From Tepidisphaeraceae bacterium (GTDB lineage: Bacteria; Planctomycetota; Phycisphaerae; Tepidisphaerales; Tepidisphaeraceae): a stretch of DNA of 33,706 nt. The stretch spans positions 1 to 33,706 of the forward strand of contig JBEKYH010000001.1 of the NCBI GenBank assembly GCA_049511115.1. Direction: 5' to 3'. Shown in pieces: positions 8,461 to 17,236 of this stretch. The notes below the pieces were generated by a model. It was not told where the DNA came from, did not search any database, and saw only the letters and a list, made by a program, of their open reading frames with translations. Made by a program: the position numbers and the translations under genes. Within the stretch, counting starts at the first letter, position 1, and every line of letters begins with the position of its first letter.

Positions 8461-11321
8461 CTGGTGCCTTCCGCTAAGACCGATGGTTTAGCAACACGCT
8501 GTTCCTGAAACGGCGCAGAATCAATGACGCCGAGCAACAACGTGGAGAACCGACCGTCATTGTGGTCGAGTTGATCCACGATATTATCGATTGTCGGCAT
8601 ATCATAATACTCCATTCCACGTCCTGTCGCGTAGGTCAGCAATTTTTCCGTGAGGCAGCGGTAAAACTCATCGAGATGATTGTTTACCAGCGCCTTCTTC
8701 AAGTCGCTGACGTCCTTGAACTTTTCGCCGGTGATGAGCTGGCCGCTGGCATCGATGGGCTGATCGAGCTCCTGCTTGCGATATAACCCTTCGGCGTTGA
8801 AGTTCTCCATGGCCAGACCCAGTGGGTCCATACGATCATGGCAGGAGGCGCATTGGGGGTTGGCCCGGTGCGCAGCCAGGATTTCGCGCAGGGTCGGCTG
8901 TTTGTCCTTGAACTGATTCGCCGCCAGCTCAAGGGGCGGAATATCGGGCGGGGGCGGGGGGGCGGGAGCGCCAAGGATGTTCTCCAGCACCCATTTACCC
9001 CGCTTAACGGGTGAAGTGCGGGTTGGATTGGAAGTCACCATCAGCGTGGAGCCCATCGTCAAGGCCCCACCCCGCAGCGTGCTGGGGTCCACGGTCACTT
9101 TGCGCATCTGCTGGCCGGTTACGCCGGGGATGTTGTAGAACTGGGCCAGCGTCTGATTGAGGAAGGTATAGTCGCTGTCGAGGAATTCCTTGACGCTCCG
9201 GTCGTTGTGCATGACATACGCGAAATAAGCCTGGGGTTCCTGCTCCAGGGCCGTCCGCACGGGGGCGGGCAGTTGAGTCGCGATGGGAACAGTGACGCCT
9301 TCACGCAACATGATCTCATGGGGATTGATCGGGACGGCAGCCACTTCGCGGGACTGGAGCCATTGGCCGGTAAAATTCTCGACCAGGTTTTGCGAGCGCG
9401 GATCGGCCAACATGCGATTGATCTGAGCCTGCAGGTTCGCGCGCAACTCCCCGCGCGCCGCCAGGTTGGATAGCTCATCGTCGGGCATGGTTGACCAGAG
9501 GAAGTAAGACAGTCTCGAAGCCAGCGTGTACTCATCGCACTTGGCAAACGGACTATTTCCCTTTAGAGGCTCGGCGGCTTCGACACGGTAGAGGAATCGG
9601 GGCGAGGCCAATATTGCCACCATGGCCTGGGCGACGCCTTTTTCGAAGGTGCTATCGGGGGCATCGCCGGCGGAGACGGCAATATCAACCAGGCGGTTGA
9701 TGGTTTCGTCGGGCACCGGGCGGCGAAAAGCCTTGGTGGCGAAGGGAAGCAGAATTTCCCGGGCGTATTGGCGGCGGCCCTGGTCGTCCTGGGGAACCTG
9801 GGCCCGGGGGAAGAACTTCTTGTATCCGGGCGAAGCCACCCAATATGCCTGGTCACGCGGGCCTTCAAGACGCACCTTTAGCACGCGGAAAGATACGGTG
9901 GGTGGAGGCTGCGGGGGGAAATTGCCCCTGCCCGCGCCACCCCGGCCGGTTTTGGCAGCGCCCGCGGCCCCGGCCCCTCCCCGGGGCGCGTTTCCGCTTC
10001 CGTTGGCCGGCTTTGCCGCGCCCCCAAGAGGAGGTTGCGACGTGTCCGCGTTGGCGGATTTGGGTGAACCCGCCGCATCAGGCGGGGCCGCGTCTGCGGT
10101 GGCTGGTTTTGGCGCTTCCGCAAGGGCGAGCTGCGTCGGGTCCGCATTGGCGGGCTTGCCGGCGTCGGCGAGGGCGGGCGGAGTTGGGCCGGCCGCGGCC
10201 AATTTTGGCGCGATGTCGCTGGCGGGCTTGGGCTTGAGCTTGATGGGATGGAGAATGATCGTGAAGGTGTGTTTTCCCGGCGTCCAATGCACGGTCAATT
10301 GATCCATGCCCGTGTAATCGTCGTGCCACCCGTATTCGCGCGGATCCTCGTTCTTTCCATCCACCGCGTAGGCAATCGTGCAGCGATCGGGAGCGAAATT
10401 GAAACTTCCCTTGACGTTCCAATCCAATACCAGGTCGTAATCGCCCTCGTAGATGACGTTAAATGTATGCGTGACTTTGGCTTCGTTGGCAAAGTTTAGA
10501 TCAAGAGTCCCGCCGCCGGGACCGCCCCCGCCACCTCCGCCACGACCCCCATTTGGTGCGCCCGCTCGGCCATTCGCAGCGCCGTCCGAAAACCGGCTGC
10601 CCGGAACCGTGATGACAGGCATCGTGCGGGGATTGACCTCGACGCCCTGACTCACAATCGTCTGCGCCGCCTGCACGTACTTTTCCATCAGCATCGACGA
10701 AATGTTGAGGACGTCGCCGATGTTGTCAAAGCCGTAGCCAATGTCGTCAGAAGGGAATTGGGTATCGACGTCAAAGTCAACGCCGATCAGGTCTTGCACG
10801 GTATTGTGATACTCCGTTCGATTGAGGCGGCGGATCGTCTGCTGGCCGGGATCGAGGTTATTGGGGTCCACTGCAAAGGCGGAGTATTCAATCCATTTTT
10901 CCAGTTTTGCCTGCTCGTCGGCCGTCGGCGGGTCCTGCCCGGCGGGGGGCATGATGTGCGAACGCGTGTTCCTGAGAACTTTCAGCCACAAATCGGGGTT
11001 ATTGGCGATGCTGTCGTCGGTCTTCAATTTGTCGAAGGCCACAGGCGTTTGATTGTCATCTCCACTGTGGCACTGATAGCAACGGGCCTGGAGGATGGGC
11101 TCGATCGCCTGGTGGTAACTCACGACCACGGGATTGGCGACCGGCGCCGGCGGTGGAGGAGGCGCAATCGCAACTGGCGCCGAAACTTGCGCGCTGGGCA
11201 TTTTTCCGCTCGGCTGCTCAAGACACCCCGTGGCAATCCACGAAATCAGTCCCAGCGACGCCCCGGCCCAGACGGCCGGTGCGATGGCGGCGAAAAGACC
11301 CTTTTTTGACCGGGAGTTCAT
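8457..11321 (-). CDS. DUF1592/DUF1587/DUF1595/DUF1588/DUF1585-type multidomain protein with two CxxCH motifs
   Basis: N-terminal CYQCH (nt 11067-11081) and C-terminal CASCHDRMDPLG (nt 8838-8852). RRLNRTEYHNTVQDLIGVDF is DUF1587-like. ASRLSYFLWSTMPDDEL is DUF1592-like. The C-terminal TEKLLTYATGRG is DUF1585-like. There is a possible lipobox (WIATGC). It carries a 110-aa Pro/Ala/Gly-rich insert and a poly-Gly run. Confidence 0.8.
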   Translation of the reverse strand: MNSRSKKGLFAAIAPAVWAGASLGLISWIATGCLEQPSGKMPSAQVSAPVAIAPPPPPAPVANPVVVSYHQAIEPILQARCYQCHSGDDNQTPVAFDKLKTDDSIANNPDLWLKVLRNTRSHIMPPAGQDPPTADEQAKLEKWIEYSAFAVDPNNLDPGQQTIRRLNRTEYHNTVQDLIGVDFDVDTQFPSDDIGYGFDNIGDVLNISSMLMEKYVQAAQTIVSQGVEVNPRTMPVITVPGSRFSDGAANGRAGAPNGGRGGGGGGGPGGGTLDLNFANEAKVTHTFNVIYEGDYDLVLDWNVKGSFNFAPDRCTIAYAVDGKNEDPREYGWHDDYTGMDQLTVHWTPGKHTFTIILHPIKLKPKPASDIAPKLAAAGPTPPALADAGKPANADPTQLALAEAPKPATADAAPPDAAGSPKSANADTSQPPLGGAAKPANGSGNAPRGGAGAAGAAKTGRGGAGRGNFPPQPPPTVSFRVLKVRLEGPRDQAYWVASPGYKKFFPRAQVPQDDQGRRQYAREILLPFATKAFRRPVPDETINRLVDIAVSAGDAPDSTFEKGVAQAMVAILASPRFLYRVEAAEPLKGNSPFAKCDEYTLASRLSYFLWSTMPDDELSNLAARGELRANLQAQINRMLADPRSQNLVENFTGQWLQSREVAAVPINPHEIMLREGVTVPIATQLPAPVRTALEQEPQAYFAYVMHNDRSVKEFLDSDYTFLNQTLAQFYNIPGVTGQQMRKVTVDPSTLRGGALTMGSTLMVTSNPTRTSPVKRGKWVLENILGAPAPPPPPDIPPLELAANQFKDKQPTLREILAAHRANPQCASCHDRMDPLGLAMENFNAEGLYRKQELDQPIDASGQLITGEKFKDVSDLKKALVNNHLDEFYRCLTEKLLTYATGRGMEYYDMPTIDNIVDQLDHNDGRFSTLLLGVIDSAPFQEQRVAKPSVLAEGTR

Positions 11322-11437
11322 TCCAGGGAATCTCGTCAGATACTATCGCCTCGGAGAGGGTTTCGTTGCAATGCCACTAAAGAACCATGCGTCATCTAAA
11401 TCACTTTTGCCGACTCCAAAAGACATCCGCGAAATCA

Positions 11438-12478
11438 CTACCTACTCGAATAACCTTGCCACAACCATTCCAGTGCTTCCGGCAGGGTCTGGCGCACGAC
11501 CCGTTGATCGACGTGGCGAGCGCCTTTGGCATAGACGAACTGATAGTGATAGCCCTTTGCCTTCAGTACCGCGGCCATATGAAAGTTGGCCAGAACCCAA
11601 TTATGAAACCCGGATTCAGGAGAAGCAGCGCCGTTGTCATTTTCGCCGACTTCCATCCAGACGCGGAGCGGCTTGGGGTCGGAGTTGGGGATGAGCGTTT
11701 CGTGGTATTCCCAGGCCCCGTGGGGCAAATCGGGATTCACGGGCCTTTGCTGATTGACGTAGGTGCCCGAATAGGTCAACACGCGGTGATATAAGTCCGG
11801 GTGCCACCAGGCCATGCTGAACGCCGCCGATCCGCCGGAGCTGCCACCCATGGTGGCTCGGCCGTCGGGGTCCTTGGTGAAAGTGATGTTGTAATCCGCG
11901 GAGATTTTCGGCAGGACTTCGGATTCGACGAACTCGGCGTATTTGCCCGAGACGGTGTCATATTCCAGGCCGCGTTCGCTGCCGGGGCCGTCGCTGCCGC
12001 CGTTGCCGATGAAAATGGCAACCATCACGGGAATGCGATGATCGTTGATCATGTTGTCCAGGATGGTGGGGAGTTCCTTCTGGTTGTTGGCGTCCTGGCA
12101 GATGATGAAGGGGGCGGGTGTGCCGGGGACGTATTGGCTGGGGATATAAATCGCCAGTTTGCGCGTGTAGGGGACAACCTGGCCGGGAGCGGTCTTGCTG
12201 ATCCCCGGATACATCTTGCTATCCTTGGAATCCATCGTAAAGGACTTCACCACGCCCTTGGGGACTCCGTCTTTGGGGGTGAGTTCAGGGGCATTGGAAT
12301 AGTCGGGGCCGACGAAGAAATCGCCGTCCGACGCGGCGGAGAGCGGTGTCGTGGGCGCATCTAGTGCGGGGCGGGTCGTGGCAACCTGCGCCGTCGCTGA
12401 ATGGACTCCCAGCGATACGATGCACATCACTGACAGGCACTTCAAGCTGTCGCCGACGATCGCCGCCAGTTTCCGCAT
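11438..12478 (-). CDS. Secreted esterase family protein (PF00756-like; CE1/feruloyl- or acetylxylan-esterase-like)
   Basis: ATG at 12478 with GGAGG 5 nt upstream. It has a signal peptide. The nucleophile region is MGGSSGGSAAFSMAW and the C-terminal His region is AKGARHVD. Confidence 0.7.
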   Translation of the reverse strand: MRKLAAIVGDSLKCLSVMCIVSLGVHSATAQVATTRPALDAPTTPLSAASDGDFFVGPDYSNAPELTPKDGVPKGVVKSFTMDSKDSKMYPGISKTAPGQVVPYTRKLAIYIPSQYVPGTPAPFIICQDANNQKELPTILDNMINDHRIPVMVAIFIGNGGSDGPGSERGLEYDTVSGKYAEFVESEVLPKISADYNITFTKDPDGRATMGGSSGGSAAFSMAWWHPDLYHRVLTYSGTYVNQQRPVNPDLPHGAWEYHETLIPNSDPKPLRVWMEVGENDNGAASPESGFHNWVLANFHMAAVLKAKGYHYQFVYAKGARHVDQRVVRQTLPEALEWLWQGYSSR

Positions 12479-12657
12479 TATAAACCTCCGACCGACACCT
12501 GCTGCCTCACCCCGCCGGGCAGAGCCAGCGGGGCGGCCGGAATCAGGAATACGACATGAGAAAGACCGCTATGGATTTTAACATGAATTGACTAAAAGAA
12601 AACCTTCAAGTTACATTTGTGCGATAGATCGGCCATAAAGCCTTTTCGCTCCATGAG

Positions 12658-13779
12658 CTAGGCAAGCTTGACGGCTTTGCCGCTCTGGGCGGATTCATAC
12701 GCCGCCATCATGATGCGGATGTCCTTCAATCCTTCCTCGCCGGGGGTACGCGAGGTTGTGTCGGACATAATGCATTGGCAAAAGTCGTCCATTTCGGTCG
12801 CGAAGTGGTTCACGGGCTGATACTGGACCTCGGCACGGCCGCGGCCGCGCGTGAGGTACAGATGGTTCCCCGTATAGGACTGGAACGGCTCGGCCTCAAG
12901 CTGGCCTTTGGTGCCGTAAAGGCGGAAACGCCCGCAGCCAAATCCATAAGTCGAAAGCACCGACGCCACGATTCCTGAGTCAAATTTCAGCTCGAAGGAG
13001 ATCGTCTCCTCGATGTCCGTGAAGCGCGGGTCATTGGGCGTGGAGTAGCTGACGGCGGTAATCTCGCTGGGTTCCTGGCCCGACAGATAGCGCACCGCGT
13101 TGAGCGCGTAAATTCCCATATCCATGAGGGAACCGCCGCCGGCAAGGGGCCGGTGACATCGCCACTGGGCGGGGTTTCCCATGTTAAAGCCGGCCTCGGC
13201 GGTGATCTGCTTGATCGTGCCGATGTCGGCGTCGGAATGGGCCAACTCAATGGCCTTGATGGTCATGGGTTCATAGTGCATCCGGTAGGCAATCATCAGT
13301 TTGCGTTTGGCCGAGTTGCAGGCGTCGATCATGGCCTGGCATTCCTCGACGCTGACGGCCATTGGCTTTTCGCACAGGACATGCTTGCCCGCCGCAGCGG
13401 CGCGGATCGTGTACTCCTTGTGCATGCTGTTGGGAAGGACGACATAAACCACGTCGATGTCCGGGTTGTCCTTCATCGTGTCGTAGTTGTCGTAGTTATA
13501 GATGTTTTTGGGATTGATGCCGTACTTGTCCGCCTGCTGGCGCGCCTTAACGGGATGGCCGCTGACCAATGCCACCGGCTTGGCAAACTTGCACTTGGCA
13601 AACGCCGGCAGAAGCTGGTTCATGGTCAGCGATCCGACGCCGACGAGGGCGAAGCCCAGCTTGTTTTGTCCTGGATTGGACTGGGCAAAGAGAGCCCCAG
13701 TTGCCAGTGAAGCGGCTGCCGCCGCCGTCGCGCCCAGAAAAGTTCGCCGCGAAAAATGAGATTCCAAGCTACTGGACAT
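12658..13779 (-). CDS. Tat-exported Gfo/Idh/MocA-family NAD(P)-dependent oxidoreductase
   Basis: Twin-arginine motif SRRTFLGATAAAAASLATGALFAQ. Rossmann start FALVGVGSLTMNQLLPAF. EKP motif in HVLCEKPMA. ATG at 13779 with GGGAGG upstream. Confidence 0.85.
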   Translation of the reverse strand: MSSSLESHFSRRTFLGATAAAAASLATGALFAQSNPGQNKLGFALVGVGSLTMNQLLPAFAKCKFAKPVALVSGHPVKARQQADKYGINPKNIYNYDNYDTMKDNPDIDVVYVVLPNSMHKEYTIRAAAAGKHVLCEKPMAVSVEECQAMIDACNSAKRKLMIAYRMHYEPMTIKAIELAHSDADIGTIKQITAEAGFNMGNPAQWRCHRPLAGGGSLMDMGIYALNAVRYLSGQEPSEITAVSYSTPNDPRFTDIEETISFELKFDSGIVASVLSTYGFGCGRFRLYGTKGQLEAEPFQSYTGNHLYLTRGRGRAEVQYQPVNHFATEMDDFCQCIMSDTTSRTPGEEGLKDIRIMMAAYESAQSGKAVKLA

Positions 13780-13819
13780 GTGCAGCCTCCCTCGTTGTCC
13801 CCTTCTTATACCATCCCCG

Positions 13820-15112
13820 TCAGGGATCGTTATAGGGATCGACCTCCGGCATCAGCAGGACCACCAACATTGCCGGGATAAGCAGGAACGCATCCCCCAG
13901 CAGGATGGTTCGCAAATCGTGCACTGCCGCGAACAATCCAAAGAAAAGCGTCCCCATCGCCGCCGCGACGCGCCCGATGTTGTAGCTGAACCCGGCGCCG
14001 GTGGTCCGCAGGAGCACCGGAAACAACGGCGGAAGATACATCGTGAAGAGCCCGAAGACGCCGGAGAAGAACCCGACCCAGGGAATCCACCGCAGGATGG
14101 AGGCGTAGTCGCGCGGGATGCAATAGGCGCCGAACATGGCCAGGAAAAACCCGGCGCACATCAGTGCAATCGCGCGGCGGTAGCCAAAGAGCCGGGCCAG
14201 AAACGCCGCGACGAAATTTCCTGGAATCGACGCCAAAATAATCAGAAAAAACGCCAAACTGACCAGGCGCGATCGATCGGCGTCGCTCCAGCTCGATAGC
14301 TCCGGCAGCCCGCGAAGATGCTGCACATTCCAGAACATGAATGCCCACCATGCGGTCAGGGAAAAGGAACAGACGATGATGGTCAGCACGGTCGTGCGCC
14401 GGACCGCGCCCTTGAAGAGTTCCCGCCAGCTAGGCGGATTGACTTCGGCGATTTTCGCGTCGTGCCACTCCTGAGGTTCCTCGACGGATCGGCGAATCCA
14501 GAAGACAATCAGCGCCGGGAGGATTCCCACCAGGAAAACGCAGCGATCGGGAATTCCCGCCATGAGATAGACCGTGAGACAGGCGATGAGGACGCCGACA
14601 TTAATGCCGCATTGCAGGACCGCCGAAATCCACACCTGCCACTTACGCGGCCAGGTTTCCGACAACAGCGACGCGCCGACCGCCCACTCGCCGCCGATTC
14701 CCAGCGCCGCCAGGAAGCGAAAGATCAGCAGATGCCACCACGCGGTCGCCAGAAAGGAAAGTCCGGTGAACATCGCATAAGTCAAAATCGTCAGGCCGAG
14801 TGTGCGGCTTCGGCCGATCAGATCGCCCACGCGCCCGAAAAAGCCGCCCCCCAGCGCCCAGCCGACCAGGAAAGCCGCCTGTATCCAGGCGCTTTTTTCC
14901 TTCACGTCCGCGTCGGAAGTGCTGGTCGCGCGGAGAAGCTGCATCACGAACGGCGCCGCGACGAGCGTGTAGAGATGGGAATCCAGACCATCAAACATCC
15001 ACCCCAACCACGCGGCAATCCCGGCCCGCCAATGGGCCGGACTGAGATCCCCCAGACGCTCGGCTCGGCGGCTTTCGACTGGCAAGGGACCTGAGACGGA
15101 TGCTGGGATCAT
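13820..15112 (-). CDS. MFS transporter
   Basis: About 12 predicted hydrophobic segments. MFS-like loop motif GRVGDLIGRSRT between TM2 and TM3. The ORF track start at 15118 is TTG and the first ATG is at 15112. Confidence 0.8.
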   Translation of the reverse strand: MIPASVSGPLPVESRRAERLGDLSPAHWRAGIAAWLGWMFDGLDSHLYTLVAAPFVMQLLRATSTSDADVKEKSAWIQAAFLVGWALGGGFFGRVGDLIGRSRTLGLTILTYAMFTGLSFLATAWWHLLIFRFLAALGIGGEWAVGASLLSETWPRKWQVWISAVLQCGINVGVLIACLTVYLMAGIPDRCVFLVGILPALIVFWIRRSVEEPQEWHDAKIAEVNPPSWRELFKGAVRRTTVLTIIVCSFSLTAWWAFMFWNVQHLRGLPELSSWSDADRSRLVSLAFFLIILASIPGNFVAAFLARLFGYRRAIALMCAGFFLAMFGAYCIPRDYASILRWIPWVGFFSGVFGLFTMYLPPLFPVLLRTTGAGFSYNIGRVAAAMGTLFFGLFAAVHDLRTILLGDAFLLIPAMLVVLLMPEVDPYNDP

Positions 15113-15156
15113 ATTCAAAGGCCCGTTGCTTTCATTTGGCGGGTGAATAAATTCCG

Positions 15157-16197
15157 CTACCGCTGCTGCTCAAGATTCTCCGGAATACCCGGCTCATCCA
15201 GCAACTGGATGCAGGTAGCCGGTCCAAGGTCAAGAGTGTCCCACGAACGCAAGGCCCAGACCAGCTTTTTTTCCCGAGTCACCTCGAGGACCTGCACCGT
15301 CGTGGGCCAGTCCTTTGGGTCCTTTACCGCGCTGGGGCACCAGTTGCTGATGATCGTATTGCCGTTGGCGAGGCGGTCGGCTTCCTGGAGGCTGAAGAGC
15401 CGGATGTTCGGCACATCTTTTTGCGAGAACTCCCAGACGACTTGACCCTGGGGGTTGAATTCCCGAATAACCTGCGTGCTGCCGCTGGAGACCAGCGTGT
15501 TGCCGTTTTTTAATCGCACGGCGGACCAGGGAACGGGGACATTTACGGACCAGATTTGCTTGCCGGTTGCGTCATATTCAACCACCTTGTCCAAATCCTT
15601 GTGGGGCACGAGAAACGTGCCTGCCGGCGTCATTCGGACGCGCCGAAAGTGCGTATGCACGGGGCCGGCGGGATTCGTGGCGAGATTGAATTGGGTTTCG
15701 GTTTTTCCCGTCTTTACGTTGATCAACATCAGGGTTGACTGTTTGCCGTTTTGGATGATCAGGACGTGATCGAGACCCACGGGCTGGGCGGCGTGGACTT
15801 CATATCCCGCTGGAGCCACGTAATCCCAGACGGTTTCTTTGTCGGCGGTGATCTTCCGCGCGCCCGTCTTGCGGCTGAACACAACGCTGTTGTCCGACAG
15901 GAGCGTGGCGTCGCTGAATTCGGAAATCTGGCCGTTTTCCTGCGAAGGAATCGAATAGGACCAGACGATTTTTCCCCCGCGAACAATGTAAATCGTCTGC
16001 ACCGGCTTACGGTGGTCCCATTCGCCGGCGTAAAGGAACGGATGTTGGGCAATTCCGTTGCCCGGCAATACTGCCGGCGACATGGGGCCGTTCCAGGCCG
16101 GCTGGGTCGCCGGACCGAGGCCCGGAATCCACTGGCCATGGGCAATCGCCGCCCCTATCCAGCACGTAACCGCCGCAAGCAAAAGGGCTTTGGGCAT
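15157..16197 (-). CDS. Secreted beta-propeller-like protein of unknown function (346 aa)
   Basis: Signal peptide MPKALLLAAVTCWIGAAIAHG. Blade-like motifs recur every ~40-60 residues: KIVWSYS, ETVWDYV, KQIWSVNV, QVVWEFS, KLVWALRS. The start lies 9 nt after the upstream esterase stop. I do not recognise a family. Confidence 0.6.
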   Translation of the reverse strand: MPKALLLAAVTCWIGAAIAHGQWIPGLGPATQPAWNGPMSPAVLPGNGIAQHPFLYAGEWDHRKPVQTIYIVRGGKIVWSYSIPSQENGQISEFSDATLLSDNSVVFSRKTGARKITADKETVWDYVAPAGYEVHAAQPVGLDHVLIIQNGKQSTLMLINVKTGKTETQFNLATNPAGPVHTHFRRVRMTPAGTFLVPHKDLDKVVEYDATGKQIWSVNVPVPWSAVRLKNGNTLVSSGSTQVIREFNPQGQVVWEFSQKDVPNIRLFSLQEADRLANGNTIISNWCPSAVKDPKDWPTTVQVLEVTREKKLVWALRSWDTLDLGPATCIQLLDEPGIPENLEQQR

Positions 16198-16206
16198 GCC
16201 ATTCGC

Positions 16207-17178
16207 TCAGGGGTTTGCCGCCGTCGGCTTCATCAGGCCCGAGTCCTTGGCCCAGTCCACAAAACGGTCCGGCCAGGTTCCAAAGGGAATGCCGTTGCGC
16301 GGCTTGATGCCATTGCCGTGTCCCCCATGGGCATATACGTGCAATTCAACCGGTATTTTCGCGTTGAGCCACGCGTTGGTGAAGTCCATCGTCTCCGAGG
16401 AGTGGAAGTAGTCGTCCACGCCGGCCACGGTGCAAAAGGCCGGCGGGGCGTCCTTTGGGATGTGGCTCAAATCGAACGGCTTGGCCCATCCCGCATAGAT
16501 CAGCGCGACAAAATCCGGCCGGCAGCCTTGGCGCGCCACGGGATCGGCCGAATTGGCGTCCCCCGCGTCATAATTCATCGCCACCCGCGCCGCTTGCTCG
16601 CCGCCGGCGGAGAACCCCATGATCCCGACGCGTTTGGGATCGATGTTCCACTCCTTCGCGTTGGCCCGGACCAGGCGAATGGATCGCTGCGTGTCGGCCA
16701 GGGCATCCGTTCCCGATCCGTAGGGGCGAAGCCGATAGCGCTCGATGAAGGCGGAGATGCCCAGCCCATTGAGCCATGCGGCGATATCGGTTCCCTCAAG
16801 CCCCACCATCAACTTGGTATTTCCGCCGCCGGGGGAGACGACGATCGCCAGACCCGTCGCTTTGTCCGGGGGCGCCAGATGCACTTCAATCGACGGATTA
16901 TGAACGTTCGTCAACGACTGGATGTAGTCCGGCCGGCTGGGATCGGTGACGCCCTTTTCGGGTTGGTCATATCCTGCCAGCGGCCTCAGTTCGGGGGAAC
17001 CCGGCGGCCAGAGCGGCACGACATCCGCCCCCGGTTGCAGCGGCTGGGGCGTTAAAAACGGCTGCGGCGCCGGAGTTGCGGTTTGGGCCATCACCCAATT
17101 CGCGTCGATCCCGCCGAGCATCAAAACCATGGACAATACAGCCGTTAATCCGCCGCTAACCTGGGTGGATGCGTTCAT
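16207..17178 (-). CDS. Secreted alpha/beta-hydrolase esterase, paralogue of 6089-6970
   Basis: GFSAGG nucleophile elbow, ADTQRSIRLVRANAKEWNIDPKRVGIMGFSAGG and HVYAHGGHGNG align block for block with the 6089-6970 product. It has a signal peptide. Confidence 0.8.
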   Translation of the reverse strand: MNASTQVSGGLTAVLSMVLMLGGIDANWVMAQTATPAPQPFLTPQPLQPGADVVPLWPPGSPELRPLAGYDQPEKGVTDPSRPDYIQSLTNVHNPSIEVHLAPPDKATGLAIVVSPGGGNTKLMVGLEGTDIAAWLNGLGISAFIERYRLRPYGSGTDALADTQRSIRLVRANAKEWNIDPKRVGIMGFSAGGEQAARVAMNYDAGDANSADPVARQGCRPDFVALIYAGWAKPFDLSHIPKDAPPAFCTVAGVDDYFHSSETMDFTNAWLNAKIPVELHVYAHGGHGNGIKPRNGIPFGTWPDRFVDWAKDSGLMKPTAANP

Positions 17179-17236
17179 AGAGTGTTCCCGATCCGCTCAA
17201 CATGAAATCCACGGCGCTGAATTAACCAAGGCAAGT

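Noticed and set aside
15751-17055. 434-aa plus-strand ORF spanning the beta-propeller and esterase genes.
   Set aside because: It crosses a gene boundary on the opposite strand, is Arg-rich and has no motifs. The minus-strand genes have signal peptides, RBSs and catalytic motifs.
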